The position numbers were made by a program, and so were the translations under genes. From Histomonas meleagridis 2922-C6/04-290x (Eukaryota; Protista; Parabasalia): DNA of 64,000 nt. The stretch is from assembly GCA_020184695.1 (NCBI GenBank), contig JAANOX010000087.1, positions 397,850 to 461,849 of the forward strand. The letters run 5' to 3'. Shown piece after piece: positions 28,431 through 39,869 of the stretch. Position 1 is the first letter of the stretch; each line of letters starts with the position of its first letter. Under the pieces are notes generated by a model. It made no database searches, was not told the DNA's origin, and saw nothing but the letters and a program-made list of their open reading frames with translations.

Positions 28431-30041
28431 TTAGAATGTCAAACGTGCGATCGATGCGTTTTCGATCAAATCGAATGAAACCAAAGGGCCCTCCAACTTT
28501 CTAATTTCATCTATCTTGAACTCAATCATTGTTGGCCTTTCTAATGAGCATCCCCACGCCGCGACAGTGTACTCAGGTGGGATACCCATTGGCCCCAACA
28601 TTTCTGGTCTAAACATTCCTGAGTTACCGACTTCGATCCATTTTCCTAACCCCGGATGATAAGCGAAGATTTCCATTGAAGGTTCAGTGTATGGGTTATA
28701 CGCTGGCTTGAACTCTATCTCTGTAAGGCCTATTCGTGAGAAGAATTCCTTAATCAAACTCATAAGGTCGGCAAGTGAAGCGCCTTTTTTAATAACTAAT
28801 CCTTCGATTTGGAAGAATTCTGCAAGATGTGTTGCGTCAAGTGTCTCGTTACGATATACTCGATCGATGGAGAAATATCGACTTGGCTTCAGTACACCTG
28901 TTTTCTTATATTCGTCAGCAAGTTTCTTAAGGTAACGTGATGAAACTGCTGTCGTATGTGTGCGCATGATGTTCGTAAGAGGGACTTCTTCATCAAATTT
29001 ATAGCGAAGACCAATAGAAACTCCATCACCTTTCTCGTGGACGTTTTTGACACGTTCAAAATATTCATGGTCGGAAATCTTCTTTGCATATTTCGGATCA
29101 GATATGAAAAATGTGTCTTGGATATCACGGCATGGATGTTGCTGACCTTGGAAAAGAGTATCAAAGTTCCAAAATGATGATTCAACCCAATGTGATGTAT
29201 CCATTTCTTCAAATCCCATTTGAAGGAAGATTTGACGGAATTCATATCGAATACGAAGAAGTGGATGTTCATGGCCACAATCAATCTTTGCTCCCATAGC
29301 TTCAAAGTTAAGTGGTGCAAATTCAACATCCTTCCATTCACCGCTTTTAACCATTTTCTCGGTGAGTTCGGCAACAGGCTTTGGTACAAGGCTCATAGAA
29401 GGCTTGTATTTGACATCTTTGACAATGCCAAACCATTTTGTGGTGGTTGGAGCAACAAGCTTTCTACGATTAATAATTTCATCTGTGAACTTCTTGTCAA
29501 CTTTAGATGAGTCCTTAACAAAAATGTTAAGCATTTCTTTGACTTTATCATGTTCAAGATTTCCTGGTAAAACACATTTGCTCTTATCAACAGTAATGTA
29601 ACCATGTTGCTTGGCGTTACCAAATGCTGTTACTGTTGGATCAGGACCAGATCCTTTTTTGCCTTTCTTGTTTTTGTCATCTTGTGTTGGAATTGGCTTT
29701 GAATAACATGATGGAAGCTTCTGTGCAACAAGCTTCATTGCATCTTTAACAGATTGACCTGGGTTTTCAGAAATGATTTTACCAAAATAATATTCTGGGG
29801 TACCTTCAGTTGCATAAAGTTGACCTTCTTCAGTAAGAAAATAATCTGTTCGCGATTTGCCAACAAGTTTAATTAATTGTTTGCTTTCAAGAGAAACTAA
29901 GAATGAATGAAGATGTTGGTGATTTTCAACTAATCCTGGCTTATCATTTTGAATTTTCTTGAGAAGTTCAAGTGAATCACATTCTTCTATATCCTTTACA
30001 GCCGCAAGAATATAGTCTTCAACTTCGTTTTCGACCATCAT
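28431..30041 (-). CDS. FARSA: Phenylalanine--tRNA ligase alpha subunit (cytosolic)
   Basis: HPL, FWNFDTLF, QHPCRDIQDTF, RTHTT, DRVYRNETLDATHLAEFFQIEG, FKPAYNPYTEPSME, GNSGMFRPE. Confidence 0.97.
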   Translation of the reverse strand: MMVENEVEDYILAAVKDIEECDSLELLKKIQNDKPGLVENHQHLHSFLVSLESKQLIKLVGKSRTDYFLTEEGQLYATEGTPEYYFGKIISENPGQSVKDAMKLVAQKLPSCYSKPIPTQDDKNKKGKKGSGPDPTVTAFGNAKQHGYITVDKSKCVLPGNLEHDKVKEMLNIFVKDSSKVDKKFTDEIINRRKLVAPTTTKWFGIVKDVKYKPSMSLVPKPVAELTEKMVKSGEWKDVEFAPLNFEAMGAKIDCGHEHPLLRIRYEFRQIFLQMGFEEMDTSHWVESSFWNFDTLFQGQQHPCRDIQDTFFISDPKYAKKISDHEYFERVKNVHEKGDGVSIGLRYKFDEEVPLTNIMRTHTTAVSSRYLKKLADEYKKTGVLKPSRYFSIDRVYRNETLDATHLAEFFQIEGLVIKKGASLADLMSLIKEFFSRIGLTEIEFKPAYNPYTEPSMEIFAYHPGLGKWIEVGNSGMFRPEMLGPMGIPPEYTVAAWGCSLERPTMIEFKIDEIRKLEGPLVSFDLIENASIARLTF

Positions 30042-30670
30042 GTGTGTGGCCCGAAGCCAACAGAAAACCTATCGGCTATCTCAAAATATGAACAAGAAAA
30101 AAATTTAAATTTCTCTTTTTTTTTTTTTGCTGTAAATTTCAAAAAAGAAATAATATAATGTTTAAACAATCATAAGGTTTATTATATTTTCACATAATTA
30201 ATGTAAATTCCTCCTTTAAAAAAAAATTGAAATTATATGTCAACGAAAGAAATTGTACATACGATTTTCTTTTTATTTAAAGTCCATAATTAACTGATGA
30301 AAAAGAAATCATCTTTTTTATAGTGTTTTATATTGGGCAGAAATCTCTTCACAGAGACACATTAATTTTGTGGTGATTATTTAATAAAACACTTTATTTT
30401 TTAATAGAATTGCTGTTGGTGATTTTTAACTAATTGCAATGTTTTTTACATGGAACTACCAGTAAATGTGTTTGAATTTCAAAAAAAATTAAGCTTGAAT
30501 TTAATTTCAATTATTTATTAAAAAGTTATATTGTAATTCATTCAAAAAAATTATCGATAATAAGCTATAGCTTTTTTTGAGTAATTTATCGATGACGATT
30601 AAATTTTGGTGAATTTCAAATTTATTTAACGGTCTTTGAATAGCCACGACCAATCCCGAAATTTTAATTC

Positions 30671-31756
30671 ATGAGCGAGGCGACAAGTGCTCCAGAAATT
30701 GCGACATCATCAGTTTTTGTGGACAGCGAAGTTGTTAATTCACCTGTTTGTAAAGGTTATGAATTTGATGCAGATAAAGATATTGATTTTGATGCTTTAT
30801 TCAAATCTTATCTATATACTGGTTTCCAAGCAACTAACCTTGGTCTTGCGATTGATCAAATTAATGAAATGCTTCACTTCAAATTTAAACCAGGAGAAGT
30901 TGATGAAAAAAAGATATATGGAATCGGCTGTCCAGAAGTCAAAACAAAACCACGAGAATGTAAAATTTTTATGGGTATGACATCAAACATCATCAGTTGT
31001 GGTCTAAGAGAAATTGTAAAATTTATTGTTAAGCATAAAATGGTTGATGTTATTGTTTGTTCAGCTGGAGGAATTGAAGAAGATTTAATCAAGTGCCTTG
31101 CGCCGACTCATTTAGGCCAGTTTGAGCTTGATGGTGCCAATCTTCGTAGCAGAGGTTTAAATCGTACTGGAAATCTTATAGTTCCAAACTCTAATTATTG
31201 TAAGTTCGAAGACTGGATCATGCCTATTTTCGACAAGATGCTTGAAGAACAAAAACAAGGCACCAAATGGACTCCATCGAAAATGATACATCGTCTTGGA
31301 CTTGAAATCAATAACGAAGAATCTGTTTGGTATTGGGCAGCAAAAAACGACATTCATGTTTATTCGCCAGCCCTTACTGATGGATCGATTGGAGATATGT
31401 TATATTTCCATTCTTTTGAACATCCTGGTTTAATACTTGATATAGTAGCAGACATCCGTGCAATGAATGATGAAGCTGTTTGGGCAAAGAAAACAGGTAC
31501 AATCATCCTTGGTGGTGGAGTTATAAAACATCATATCATGAATGCAAATCTGTACCGAAATGGAGCAGACTTTTCTGTTTATATTAATACGAGCTCTGAA
31601 TACGATGGAAGTGATTCTGGAGCAAGACCAGATGAAGCTGTTTCATGGGGTAAAATAGCAACCACAGCAAAACCGGTAAAGGTTTACGCAGAGGTAACTC
31701 TTGTTCTTCCAATTATTGTTGCTCAAACATTTTATAAATTTATTCGTGAAAAATAA
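30671..31756 (+). CDS. DHPS: Deoxyhypusine synthase
   Basis: [59 protein letters not shown] with the active-site Lys. Confidence 0.97.
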   Translation: MSEATSAPEIATSSVFVDSEVVNSPVCKGYEFDADKDIDFDALFKSYLYTGFQATNLGLAIDQINEMLHFKFKPGEVDEKKIYGIGCPEVKTKPRECKIFMGMTSNIISCGLREIVKFIVKHKMVDVIVCSAGGIEEDLIKCLAPTHLGQFELDGANLRSRGLNRTGNLIVPNSNYCKFEDWIMPIFDKMLEEQKQGTKWTPSKMIHRLGLEINNEESVWYWAAKNDIHVYSPALTDGSIGDMLYFHSFEHPGLILDIVADIRAMNDEAVWAKKTGTIILGGGVIKHHIMNANLYRNGADFSVYINTSSEYDGSDSGARPDEAVSWGKIATTAKPVKVYAEVTLVLPIIVAQTFYKFIREK

Positions 31757-31922
31757 AAATGAATATCTTTATACTGACATCCTTTGTTCATACAAACAGA
31801 GAATTTGCCAACAAAAAATGCCTTATTATGAGGGGTGCCCTTGTTTGATTCACAATTTTTTGATAAATTTTTGGGTGACCACTTAAATTTGAAAAAAGTT
31901 TAAAACATCTTTTGCTGCACAA

Positions 31923-32849
31923 ATGGAAGACCCCATACGGAAAACTTATTTCAATAAAGATGGAATTAAAAAAATCACATTTGTTCAAAAAATTGGAGGA
32001 GATAATGATTCATATTCAGTTGTATACAAAGCTAACTATGAAAATTCTCAAGTTGCCATAAAGCTAATAAAAAATACCCAAGACAACCTACAAACTTTCC
32101 ACAATGAGTACAATGCTTTAACGATGTTTGGTAAATGTGATTACATAATTGATTTTATTGATATAATTCAATCCACAGATGCCACCTATTTGGGGATCAT
32201 TACTGATTTGCAAGGTGGGAATCTTCTTGAAAATGTTGGAATTAACCAACATTTTGATGAAAAAACGGCAGCTATAATAATGTATCAACTTCTACAAGCT
32301 ATAGATACTCTTCACCAGAAAGGTGTAGTTCATCGAAATATCAATTTAAACAATGTTTTGATATCAAATTATGGAAATTATCCATTTATTCGATTAACAG
32401 GTTTCTCAATAGCTGCTGATGCAACCCAATCTAATTCTATTCGACAACAACTCGGAGTTCCATTGTATTGGGCTCCTGAAATTGTTCGTAATGAAACATA
32501 CTCTTATTCTGTTGACATTTGGGCTGCCGGAGTTATCATGTATTACATATTAACAGGTTTTGTTCCATTTAATCCATTTGATCAAAGTGTTATGTTTCAA
32601 CAAATTGTCAATGGAATTAAAATTGATTCATTTCCATCCAATCCCCCAATTTCGAATGAAGCCAAAGACTTAATCTTAAAAATGTTGGATATAAATCCTT
32701 TTAATAGAGTAACAGCTAGAGAAGCTCTCAACCACCCATGGTTTGATAATTATGTTCCATATATCGCCTCGCAGCTCAAAAATAAAATTAGTAACTCTTA
32801 TGAAGATACTGGTTTCGATGACGATGGGTATTTTCTATATGACTTTTAA
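31923..32849 (+). CDS. CAMK-like pseudokinase (copy 1)
   Basis: Kinase fold (VAIK, YWAPE, DIWAAG, RVTAREALNHPW), but the catalytic loop is HRNINLNN and DFG is replaced by TGF. Confidence 0.85.
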   Translation: MEDPIRKTYFNKDGIKKITFVQKIGGDNDSYSVVYKANYENSQVAIKLIKNTQDNLQTFHNEYNALTMFGKCDYIIDFIDIIQSTDATYLGIITDLQGGNLLENVGINQHFDEKTAAIIMYQLLQAIDTLHQKGVVHRNINLNNVLISNYGNYPFIRLTGFSIAADATQSNSIRQQLGVPLYWAPEIVRNETYSYSVDIWAAGVIMYYILTGFVPFNPFDQSVMFQQIVNGIKIDSFPSNPPISNEAKDLILKMLDINPFNRVTAREALNHPWFDNYVPYIASQLKNKISNSYEDTGFDDDGYFLYDF

Positions 32850-33243
32850 AACTTTTCACTTAATAAAATTTTTCATTAATTTTATACAGAAATCTGAAGT
32901 TTGATTTCCAATGGGCAACTTTTAATGGCCATATGTAGCATAATAATTTAAATTAAAATCTGATTTACATCACAGATGAATACAAATTTAGAAATTGTTT
33001 AGATCACGCATGATTAATAATTCAGCTGGAAATTAATTTGATAATTGGGTAGAACAAAATTAAGCACCTCAACTGAATCAATGTTTGAAGCATGCTTACG
33101 CAAATTAAATCATGTCAGATTTCTTTTGTTTCTCCAGTTGGCAAATTCTCATTGGCGTTTGAGTTGATTTTGATCGTATCCTTTCAGAAATTTTTTTTTT
33201 GTGCCAAATTCTTTATTCAAAAGCACAACTTAATTCCTACAAA

Positions 33244-34200
33244 ATGATGGAAGACCCTGCCTTCAAGGACTATTGTGATACAAATGGTTTCTTATTAACA
33301 CCACGTAGCCTCAAATTTTACAAAGTTATTGGAAATATAAATGGTAATTCGTATTCAATAGTATATAAAGGCGTTTTTCTTAATTCTCAAGTTGCTGTTA
33401 AATTCATAAGAAATGACAAAGAATATGTACCTTATATCAACAATGAGATTTTTACTTTGAAGAAACTTAAGGAAATTGATAATAATTACATAATTGAGTT
33501 TCTTGCTGAAATAAAATCCATAGATGGCACATATGTTGGAATTATTACTGATTTACAAGATGGAGATCTTCTTGAAAATGTTGGGATTAACCAATATTTT
33601 GACGAAAAAATGGGATGTCAAATAATGTATCAACTTCTACATGCCATAGATGCTCTTCATCAGCAAGGTATAGTCCATAGAAACATCAATTTAAATAATG
33701 TTCTATTATCAAATTCTGGAAATTTTAATTTTATTCGATTAACAGGTTTCTCAATAGCTGCTGATGCAACCCAATCTAATTCTATTCGACAACAACTCGG
33801 AGTTCCATTGTATTGGGCTCCTGAAATTGTTCGTAATGAAACATACTCTTATTCTGTTGACATTTGGGCTGCCGGAGTTATCATGTATTACATATTAACA
33901 GGTTTTGTTCCATTTAATCCATTTGATCAAAGTGTTATGTTTCAACAAATTGTCAATGGAATTAAAATTGATTCATTTCCATCCAATCCCCCAATTTCGA
34001 ATGAAGCCAAAGACTTAATCTTAAAAATGTTGGATACAAATCCTTTTAATAGAGTAACAGCTAGAGAAGCTCTCAACCACCCATGGATCAAAAATAACTA
34101 TGTATCATATGATTATGATCTTAAAAGTGATCAGGCCAGGCAACATAAAAATGATAATTTTGGATTTTGGTTCCCTGAATTCCCTTATATCGACGAATAA
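33244..34200 (+). CDS. CAMK-like pseudokinase (copy 2)
   Basis: Same degenerate motifs. The first ATG is 33244 (tracked start 33199 is TTG); MEDP start matches copy 1. Confidence 0.85.
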   Translation: MMEDPAFKDYCDTNGFLLTPRSLKFYKVIGNINGNSYSIVYKGVFLNSQVAVKFIRNDKEYVPYINNEIFTLKKLKEIDNNYIIEFLAEIKSIDGTYVGIITDLQDGDLLENVGINQYFDEKMGCQIMYQLLHAIDALHQQGIVHRNINLNNVLLSNSGNFNFIRLTGFSIAADATQSNSIRQQLGVPLYWAPEIVRNETYSYSVDIWAAGVIMYYILTGFVPFNPFDQSVMFQQIVNGIKIDSFPSNPPISNEAKDLILKMLDTNPFNRVTAREALNHPWIKNNYVSYDYDLKSDQARQHKNDNFGFWFPEFPYIDE

Positions 34201-34497
34201 AAATTTAAATCATAATAAGAATCATTTCTGTTTCTTTAAATTTGCTAAGTAGTCTGTAGGGCCAATTTTTTTGCCTATTCTACTTGTGGAACTCCTTCAT
34301 GCGTAACATTAAGGAAAAGTGACCAAATATTACTGTCACTTTTCCCCATACAAAATATGTACGTTAAGGCAAAACACGTTAATGTACGCTTATTTTTCAT
34401 CCGACAGTTTAAAGTGACACTATCACACGTTTATTGCTGTAATCAATTTTCCATTGTTATAAGTAAAGCTAGCAAAAAGTTATCATATAACATTTAC

Positions 34498-35751
34498 ATG
34501 GTGAACATTTGCAGAATTGAACTTTTCTACACACTCGTCATCTTATTCGGTTCTATTACATTTGGGCATGTTATGGCATATTTTAGCCCAGCAGAGCGTG
34601 GAATTAAAGTAGACCTGGATCTAAATGAAACCTTATTAACAGTTTTTAATACATTAGCATCCATTGGTGCCATTTTTGGTGGTAGCTTAATGAATATTTT
34701 TGTTACAAAATTCGGAAGAAAATATCCACTTTTTGTTACTGCAATTATATCTTTCATTTCCTGGCTCTGTCTTGCTATTACTCGGAAAAGTTTTTACTGG
34801 CTAGCCTTTATCGCTAGATGTATTTGTGGTGTTGCCATTGGGGCTTTCAGTCAAGTTTGTCCCATGTACATTACTGAATTAGCTCCAGATGAACTTCGTG
34901 GAGCTTTTGGTGCTATGAATCAATTAGGTGTTACAACTGGTTCATGTCTTACATATATGTGGGGTATCTTTTTTGAGTGGCGAACCATTGCCTATATTTC
35001 ATTAATTCCATCAGGACTTCTAATCATTCTTATTTGGTTTGTTAAAGAATCCCCAGTATATGAGCGACAAAAGAACCAATATAATGACCTTGAAAACAAC
35101 AAATCCGAATCGCTTTTCCAAAGAAAATTTATCCTTCCACTTCTAACATCCTTTTTATTAATGTTCTTCCAACAGTTCTCAGGCTGTAATGCCCTTCTAT
35201 CCAACCTCGAGACGATCTTTAAGGATTCCGGCTCATCGATCAGTCCTAAAGTTGCGTCTTTCCTTGTCGGCTTAGCCGGGTTTGTATCCACTGCCATCTC
35301 GACATTCCTTGTTGAGAAGCTCGGTCGTAAGCCCTCGTGGCTTTTGTCATCCGCGAGTCAGTGCGTGCTATTAATTCTCGCTGCTGTTAACCAAAAGTTG
35401 CAACTTTCGGCAGTAATTCCCGTGATATGTCTCTTCTTGAATAACTTCGCGTTCGGTCTCGGCTTAGGCCCTATCCCATGGTTCTACATACCGGAGTTCT
35501 TCCCCGACAGCGTGCGTTCGTTGGTGTGCTCAATAATGACCGCAGTGAACTGGATCTTTGTGTCCATTGTAATGTTCGCGTGGCCATCGATGAGAGACTC
35601 AATGGGTTACTTCGGAGCATTTCTGTTCTACGCGGCCATTTTGTTGGCTTCTTCACTATTCGCAATCTTCATGCTGAAGGAAACAAAGGGGACAAAGATG
35701 GGAGGCGAAATAGATGTATCTATGATTGAAGATAATGATCATACAAATTAA
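34498..35751 (+). CDS. MFS sugar porter (GLUT/ERD6-like)
   Basis: FGRK, PMYITELAP..RG..G...QL, KESP, FFQQFSGCNALL, KLGRK, GLGPIPW..IPEFFP, KETKG. Start chosen by homology; the upstream ATG at 34357 is possible. Confidence 0.9.
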   Translation: MVNICRIELFYTLVILFGSITFGHVMAYFSPAERGIKVDLDLNETLLTVFNTLASIGAIFGGSLMNIFVTKFGRKYPLFVTAIISFISWLCLAITRKSFYWLAFIARCICGVAIGAFSQVCPMYITELAPDELRGAFGAMNQLGVTTGSCLTYMWGIFFEWRTIAYISLIPSGLLIILIWFVKESPVYERQKNQYNDLENNKSESLFQRKFILPLLTSFLLMFFQQFSGCNALLSNLETIFKDSGSSISPKVASFLVGLAGFVSTAISTFLVEKLGRKPSWLLSSASQCVLLILAAVNQKLQLSAVIPVICLFLNNFAFGLGLGPIPWFYIPEFFPDSVRSLVCSIMTAVNWIFVSIVMFAWPSMRDSMGYFGAFLFYAAILLASSLFAIFMLKETKGTKMGGEIDVSMIEDNDHTN

Positions 35752-36248
35752 AATAATTAAATTATAAGTTAAACAGAACTATGAAACCAAATGTTTATGT
35801 TTCAATCTGTTGCATAACAACATTCGGTTCGATTTATTCGGTAAAATATGGAAATTGTGCTTTGTGTTAATGTGATGTGTCTGACCGATAGGGAAATTGA
35901 TTGGCAATTGAGCAACAAACGATTGTTCCCCATTCAATTTTTGAATACACATTAGTAGTGCTGAGCTATCCAATGCTTATAAATATAATTCCATAAAAAA
36001 AATTATTAATTGCTTTGTGATAACCAAACACTTTCATTGAAATAATATATTTATATAAAAATATATTGGGGTAACGATTAAAATTATTAATATAGCACTA
36101 TCTACACAAGATACAACAAAAATTTATGTTTGATGAGACACAGCAAATTGCCGTCGTTCATTATGTACAAATAAATCAAAACAGTGAAAGAGTTCAATCA
36201 TTAGCACACAGCGTATACTACAAAGTGAATTGCTGAAATGTTTCATCT

Positions 36249-39200
36249 TTATTTAACCCTAAGGAGGAACGGCGGTGTTTCCACGTCGACATCGTTCTCA
36301 TCGATACATGCGGCGTCGATTCTTATGAACTTCTGGCCTTCCTTCAGCGGCTCCTGGTTGAAGTCGCTCACCAAAATTTCGGATATTTTCCTGTTGAGTC
36401 TTTCCTGTGCCTTTTTAGTATCGAACGAAGCGTATAGGAGACCTCTTCCGACAGATATCATATCGACAATGAGTGAATACTTCTCTTTAACAGCGTCAAT
36501 GAATTGTTGCAATGTTAAATCTCCTTCGATAACCCATTTATCCCATAATGTATATTTGATACCATTAGCAGCGCAAGTGAATTCTTGGCATTTAATTGGT
36601 TCACTTAAAGAGAACATATCAATTGCGAGGTTAATTGAGCCGAATCTAAATTCTTCAATTGGTTTCTTATCGAGTGAATGAACTTTATACATTTCTAATG
36701 CTACAAGACCACAAATCATTGCAGTAGTCGTAGCAATTGCTGGAATGATCTTTCCGGCGATTCTCTTAATTTCGAGTTTATCAATTGGTGTAATTTGATA
36801 ATTGATTGCACGAATATTCGCAGCTGCTGCAATGAAGTCCATATGGCCATTAGAGTCATCATCTTTTTCGAATTCTTCTGGATAAAGTTTAAGGTTTTGA
36901 CCTAAAATAGGTTTAATTTCATTGACAAGTGTATCAATTTCATCGACATTTGATGGAAGTTCAGGTTCTTTTTGTTCATTGTTATCATCATCTAAAACGA
37001 TCTTAGCTGAACTTGGTTTCCATGGAGCTACTTCGAATTGTGCTGCACGCTCTGGAATGTTAACATTTGCATCTGGTTGAATTCCATAAATTCGTGCGCG
37101 GATTATTGATGCAGCTATAACAAACTCAGAATGATATTGATTATTAGGGTCGAATTCTGATGGTGTCGGATAACGCTTTGAACCTGTCCAAAATGGTAAA
37201 CCTTCTTTAGTTACTGCATCTTCAGGGAATTGATTTTGTAAATCTCTAATTTTATAATTAAATAATTCTTCAAACTTATTACGCGCCCATTTAATACAAT
37301 CATCGAAATTCTCACATTTGTTAGTGATGAACATTTCTTTAGCTGCTTCTAATGTAGCTATAAGTGTTGCAGGTTCTGCATTACGCATTTTGTCAATATA
37401 ATTTGGATCTGTTAATAATGAATTAACTGATTGTGGTTGTTGTTCAAATAATCCTCCAAATACATCACGTGCCCACATACATGTATGGTCTATACATGAT
37501 GGGAAATTATGTAATGTGCACATTGGGATACCTTTTTCTGGTGGATCTGGTTGTGAGCCATAACTTTCAGTCATGTCTGGCATAATGATTTGGTAATGTG
37601 CTTTAGGTCCTAATGTACCACTTTCTAATAATGGCTTACGATAGAAGACACATTGTTGATCAGAGTATAAACGTGTTTGAACATTATCTAATGCATTACA
37701 TACACCACTTAATGCTTCATAAAAGTCATCATTATATATGGCTGCTGTCTCAGGGCCAATTCTATTTTGTTGTGGTTCTATCCTTAATTCATTATTCATT
37801 GCTAATACTGCAGTTGCTGCTGCATCTGATTTCATTTTACCAATGTCAGAATTACGGAATAAGAATTGTCGATTTAAGTTGGATCGTTCAATGTTATCCA
37901 TATCTGTTAAAAAGACTTTTCCATTTCCTTTTGTCGCTACGCCCATCAATGCCCAATTCTTAAGTTGTTCACATCCTAATGCGCCAGCACCAATCATAAA
38001 GTAGCGAAGGTTTTGCATGACTTCTTGTTGTTCATTACCAAAGACTAATCGATATGGATCATAACGATCATTTTGTGGTACATATTTAATTTCTTTTGGT
38101 AATGATTCAACATATCCAACACCCATAAATTGTTTAAGTGGTGTAAACTTACCAGAAACTGCTTTAAGGACTTCTTGACCTGCAATACCTCCAAATGTCG
38201 CACATGTAGGTGATATAACTGCTGTCGATTCACGTGCAAATTCAGTTAAAAGTTTTTCATCAATTTCTTCAACAAGTTTAACCTCATCATTGATTTCTTT
38301 GGCACATTGAAGAAGATCTTCCGCTGATACTTCGGGCGTGTCAAGATTGCTCTTCTCCATATGTCGTTGTGATGCTAAAAATGCTAATATAACTTGTTGA
38401 TCTCGGCCAAATGCACAGAAATCAAAAATTTGGATGTTCTCTGGGTTCTTAACAGCTTCTTTAAGTGGTTGGAACTTCATTACAAGTGGTTTGATGACTT
38501 GATTACCATAACCACTTCGATGAACACATGTGTATTTGCCAAAATTACGTGTGTCACCAATTGAAAAATGACGGCAATCAATGACTTTGACTGGAAATTC
38601 TTTGCCATTGAGCTCTGTCATGCCTTCAACTTCTTCAAACCTGACATAATCGCCTTCACCTAAACCATGTTGTGCATCTTCATCAATTGTAACAACACCA
38701 TTTTCAGAATTGGTAATCATTGAGATCAAAAATCGTGTTGGTTGTTCACCTGTTGGATCATTAACAACAAATTCTTCACCAAAATCATCGAAAACATATC
38801 CGAAAACACCACGTGTTTCAGTAAGAATAAGTTTGATTCCGTTTTGATGACAAAATTCGGCAATTCTTTGTATTTCTGATTCTTTATGATAATCAGTAAT
38901 GACAATGCAATTATAATTTTTAAGGAAAGAATCTGTGAGCTCATCTGTTTTGGCACAAACAGTAACATAATCATTTAAACTTGTTAAACTACTTAAACAT
39001 GCTAAAGCACGGTTTTGTCCAATTGATGATTCTTTTAAGTAAAAGTTTGATGCAAGATCACTGAGTTGACAATTCTTACGGTCATGGATTGTGACATTTT
39101 TGACACCTGCAAGAATAACATTCTTGGCAATTTCAACACCAAGACCACCCATACCTGAAATTAATACAGATGAAGCAGCAAGTTTTTTCATTGCATCAAC

Positions 39201-39257
39201 GCCAAGAACATAAATTTGGCGGCTATAGAGATTTTCATCAATAACTGGTTCTGTCAT
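36249..39257 (-). CDS. UBA1: Ubiquitin-activating enzyme E1
   Basis: DENLYSRQIYVLG, GAGALGCE, SNLNRQFLF, PMCTLHNFP (catalytic Cys), EFEKDDDSNGH, AGKIIPAIATTT. Likely start MTEP at 39257. Confidence 0.97.
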   Translation of the reverse strand: MTEPVIDENLYSRQIYVLGVDAMKKLAASSVLISGMGGLGVEIAKNVILAGVKNVTIHDRKNCQLSDLASNFYLKESSIGQNRALACLSSLTSLNDYVTVCAKTDELTDSFLKNYNCIVITDYHKESEIQRIAEFCHQNGIKLILTETRGVFGYVFDDFGEEFVVNDPTGEQPTRFLISMITNSENGVVTIDEDAQHGLGEGDYVRFEEVEGMTELNGKEFPVKVIDCRHFSIGDTRNFGKYTCVHRSGYGNQVIKPLVMKFQPLKEAVKNPENIQIFDFCAFGRDQQVILAFLASQRHMEKSNLDTPEVSAEDLLQCAKEINDEVKLVEEIDEKLLTEFARESTAVISPTCATFGGIAGQEVLKAVSGKFTPLKQFMGVGYVESLPKEIKYVPQNDRYDPYRLVFGNEQQEVMQNLRYFMIGAGALGCEQLKNWALMGVATKGNGKVFLTDMDNIERSNLNRQFLFRNSDIGKMKSDAAATAVLAMNNELRIEPQQNRIGPETAAIYNDDFYEALSGVCNALDNVQTRLYSDQQCVFYRKPLLESGTLGPKAHYQIIMPDMTESYGSQPDPPEKGIPMCTLHNFPSCIDHTCMWARDVFGGLFEQQPQSVNSLLTDPNYIDKMRNAEPATLIATLEAAKEMFITNKCENFDDCIKWARNKFEELFNYKIRDLQNQFPEDAVTKEGLPFWTGSKRYPTPSEFDPNNQYHSEFVIAASIIRARIYGIQPDANVNIPERAAQFEVAPWKPSSAKIVLDDDNNEQKEPELPSNVDEIDTLVNEIKPILGQNLKLYPEEFEKDDDSNGHMDFIAAAANIRAINYQITPIDKLEIKRIAGKIIPAIATTTAMICGLVALEMYKVHSLDKKPIEEFRFGSINLAIDMFSLSEPIKCQEFTCAANGIKYTLWDKWVIEGDLTLQQFIDAVKEKYSLIVDMISVGRGLLYASFDTKKAQERLNRKISEILVSDFNQEPLKEGQKFIRIDAACIDENDVDVETPPFLLRVK

Positions 39258-39869
39258 CCTAAAAATGACTTGGCCAATTAAGGAACGGTTTATGGGAGCC
39301 AAAAAGTGACTTTTTGATGATATTTGTGATAATTTCTGCCAATTTTCGTTTTTGATATTTCTCGAAAAGATTTTCGTTCAAAAAGTTATGTTTTGATGAA
39401 GTGACTAAGAAAAAAAAGAAGGTTATGTTTACATTAAGATAAAGACAACTACAGATTTATGAATATCACTCTTAATATATTTTTAATTTTGAACGTGTCA
39501 ATGATGATAACTTTAGTTTTAATGAAAAAGATCGATCGATTCATTAAATTTTGCAAAATGGTTGTTTAGAGTAACAATTAATGAATTAGCAAAGATGCTT
39601 TTGTTTGCCTAATTGATTATTTGATGTTCTTGAATCAATTTGTTATATCTAGATAACAATTTTTAGTTATAATTATCGATGATGTGAAATAATAAAAACA
39701 TTATCTGAAGCTTACCTAAAAGTTGAACTCGTATTAATAATATGCTGAAGCATTAAGTTAAATGAACAGCAATCATGGTTATCTGTCACTTTTCTACCGC
39801 TTTAAAACCGCCATGATCGATTTTACTTCATGTGTAATTTTGATTACTTTACAAAAAAAATTTACACAA

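Noticed and set aside
35779-35973. 64-aa ORF between the MFS and UBA1 genes
   Set aside because: No recognisable motif; its length is within chance expectation.
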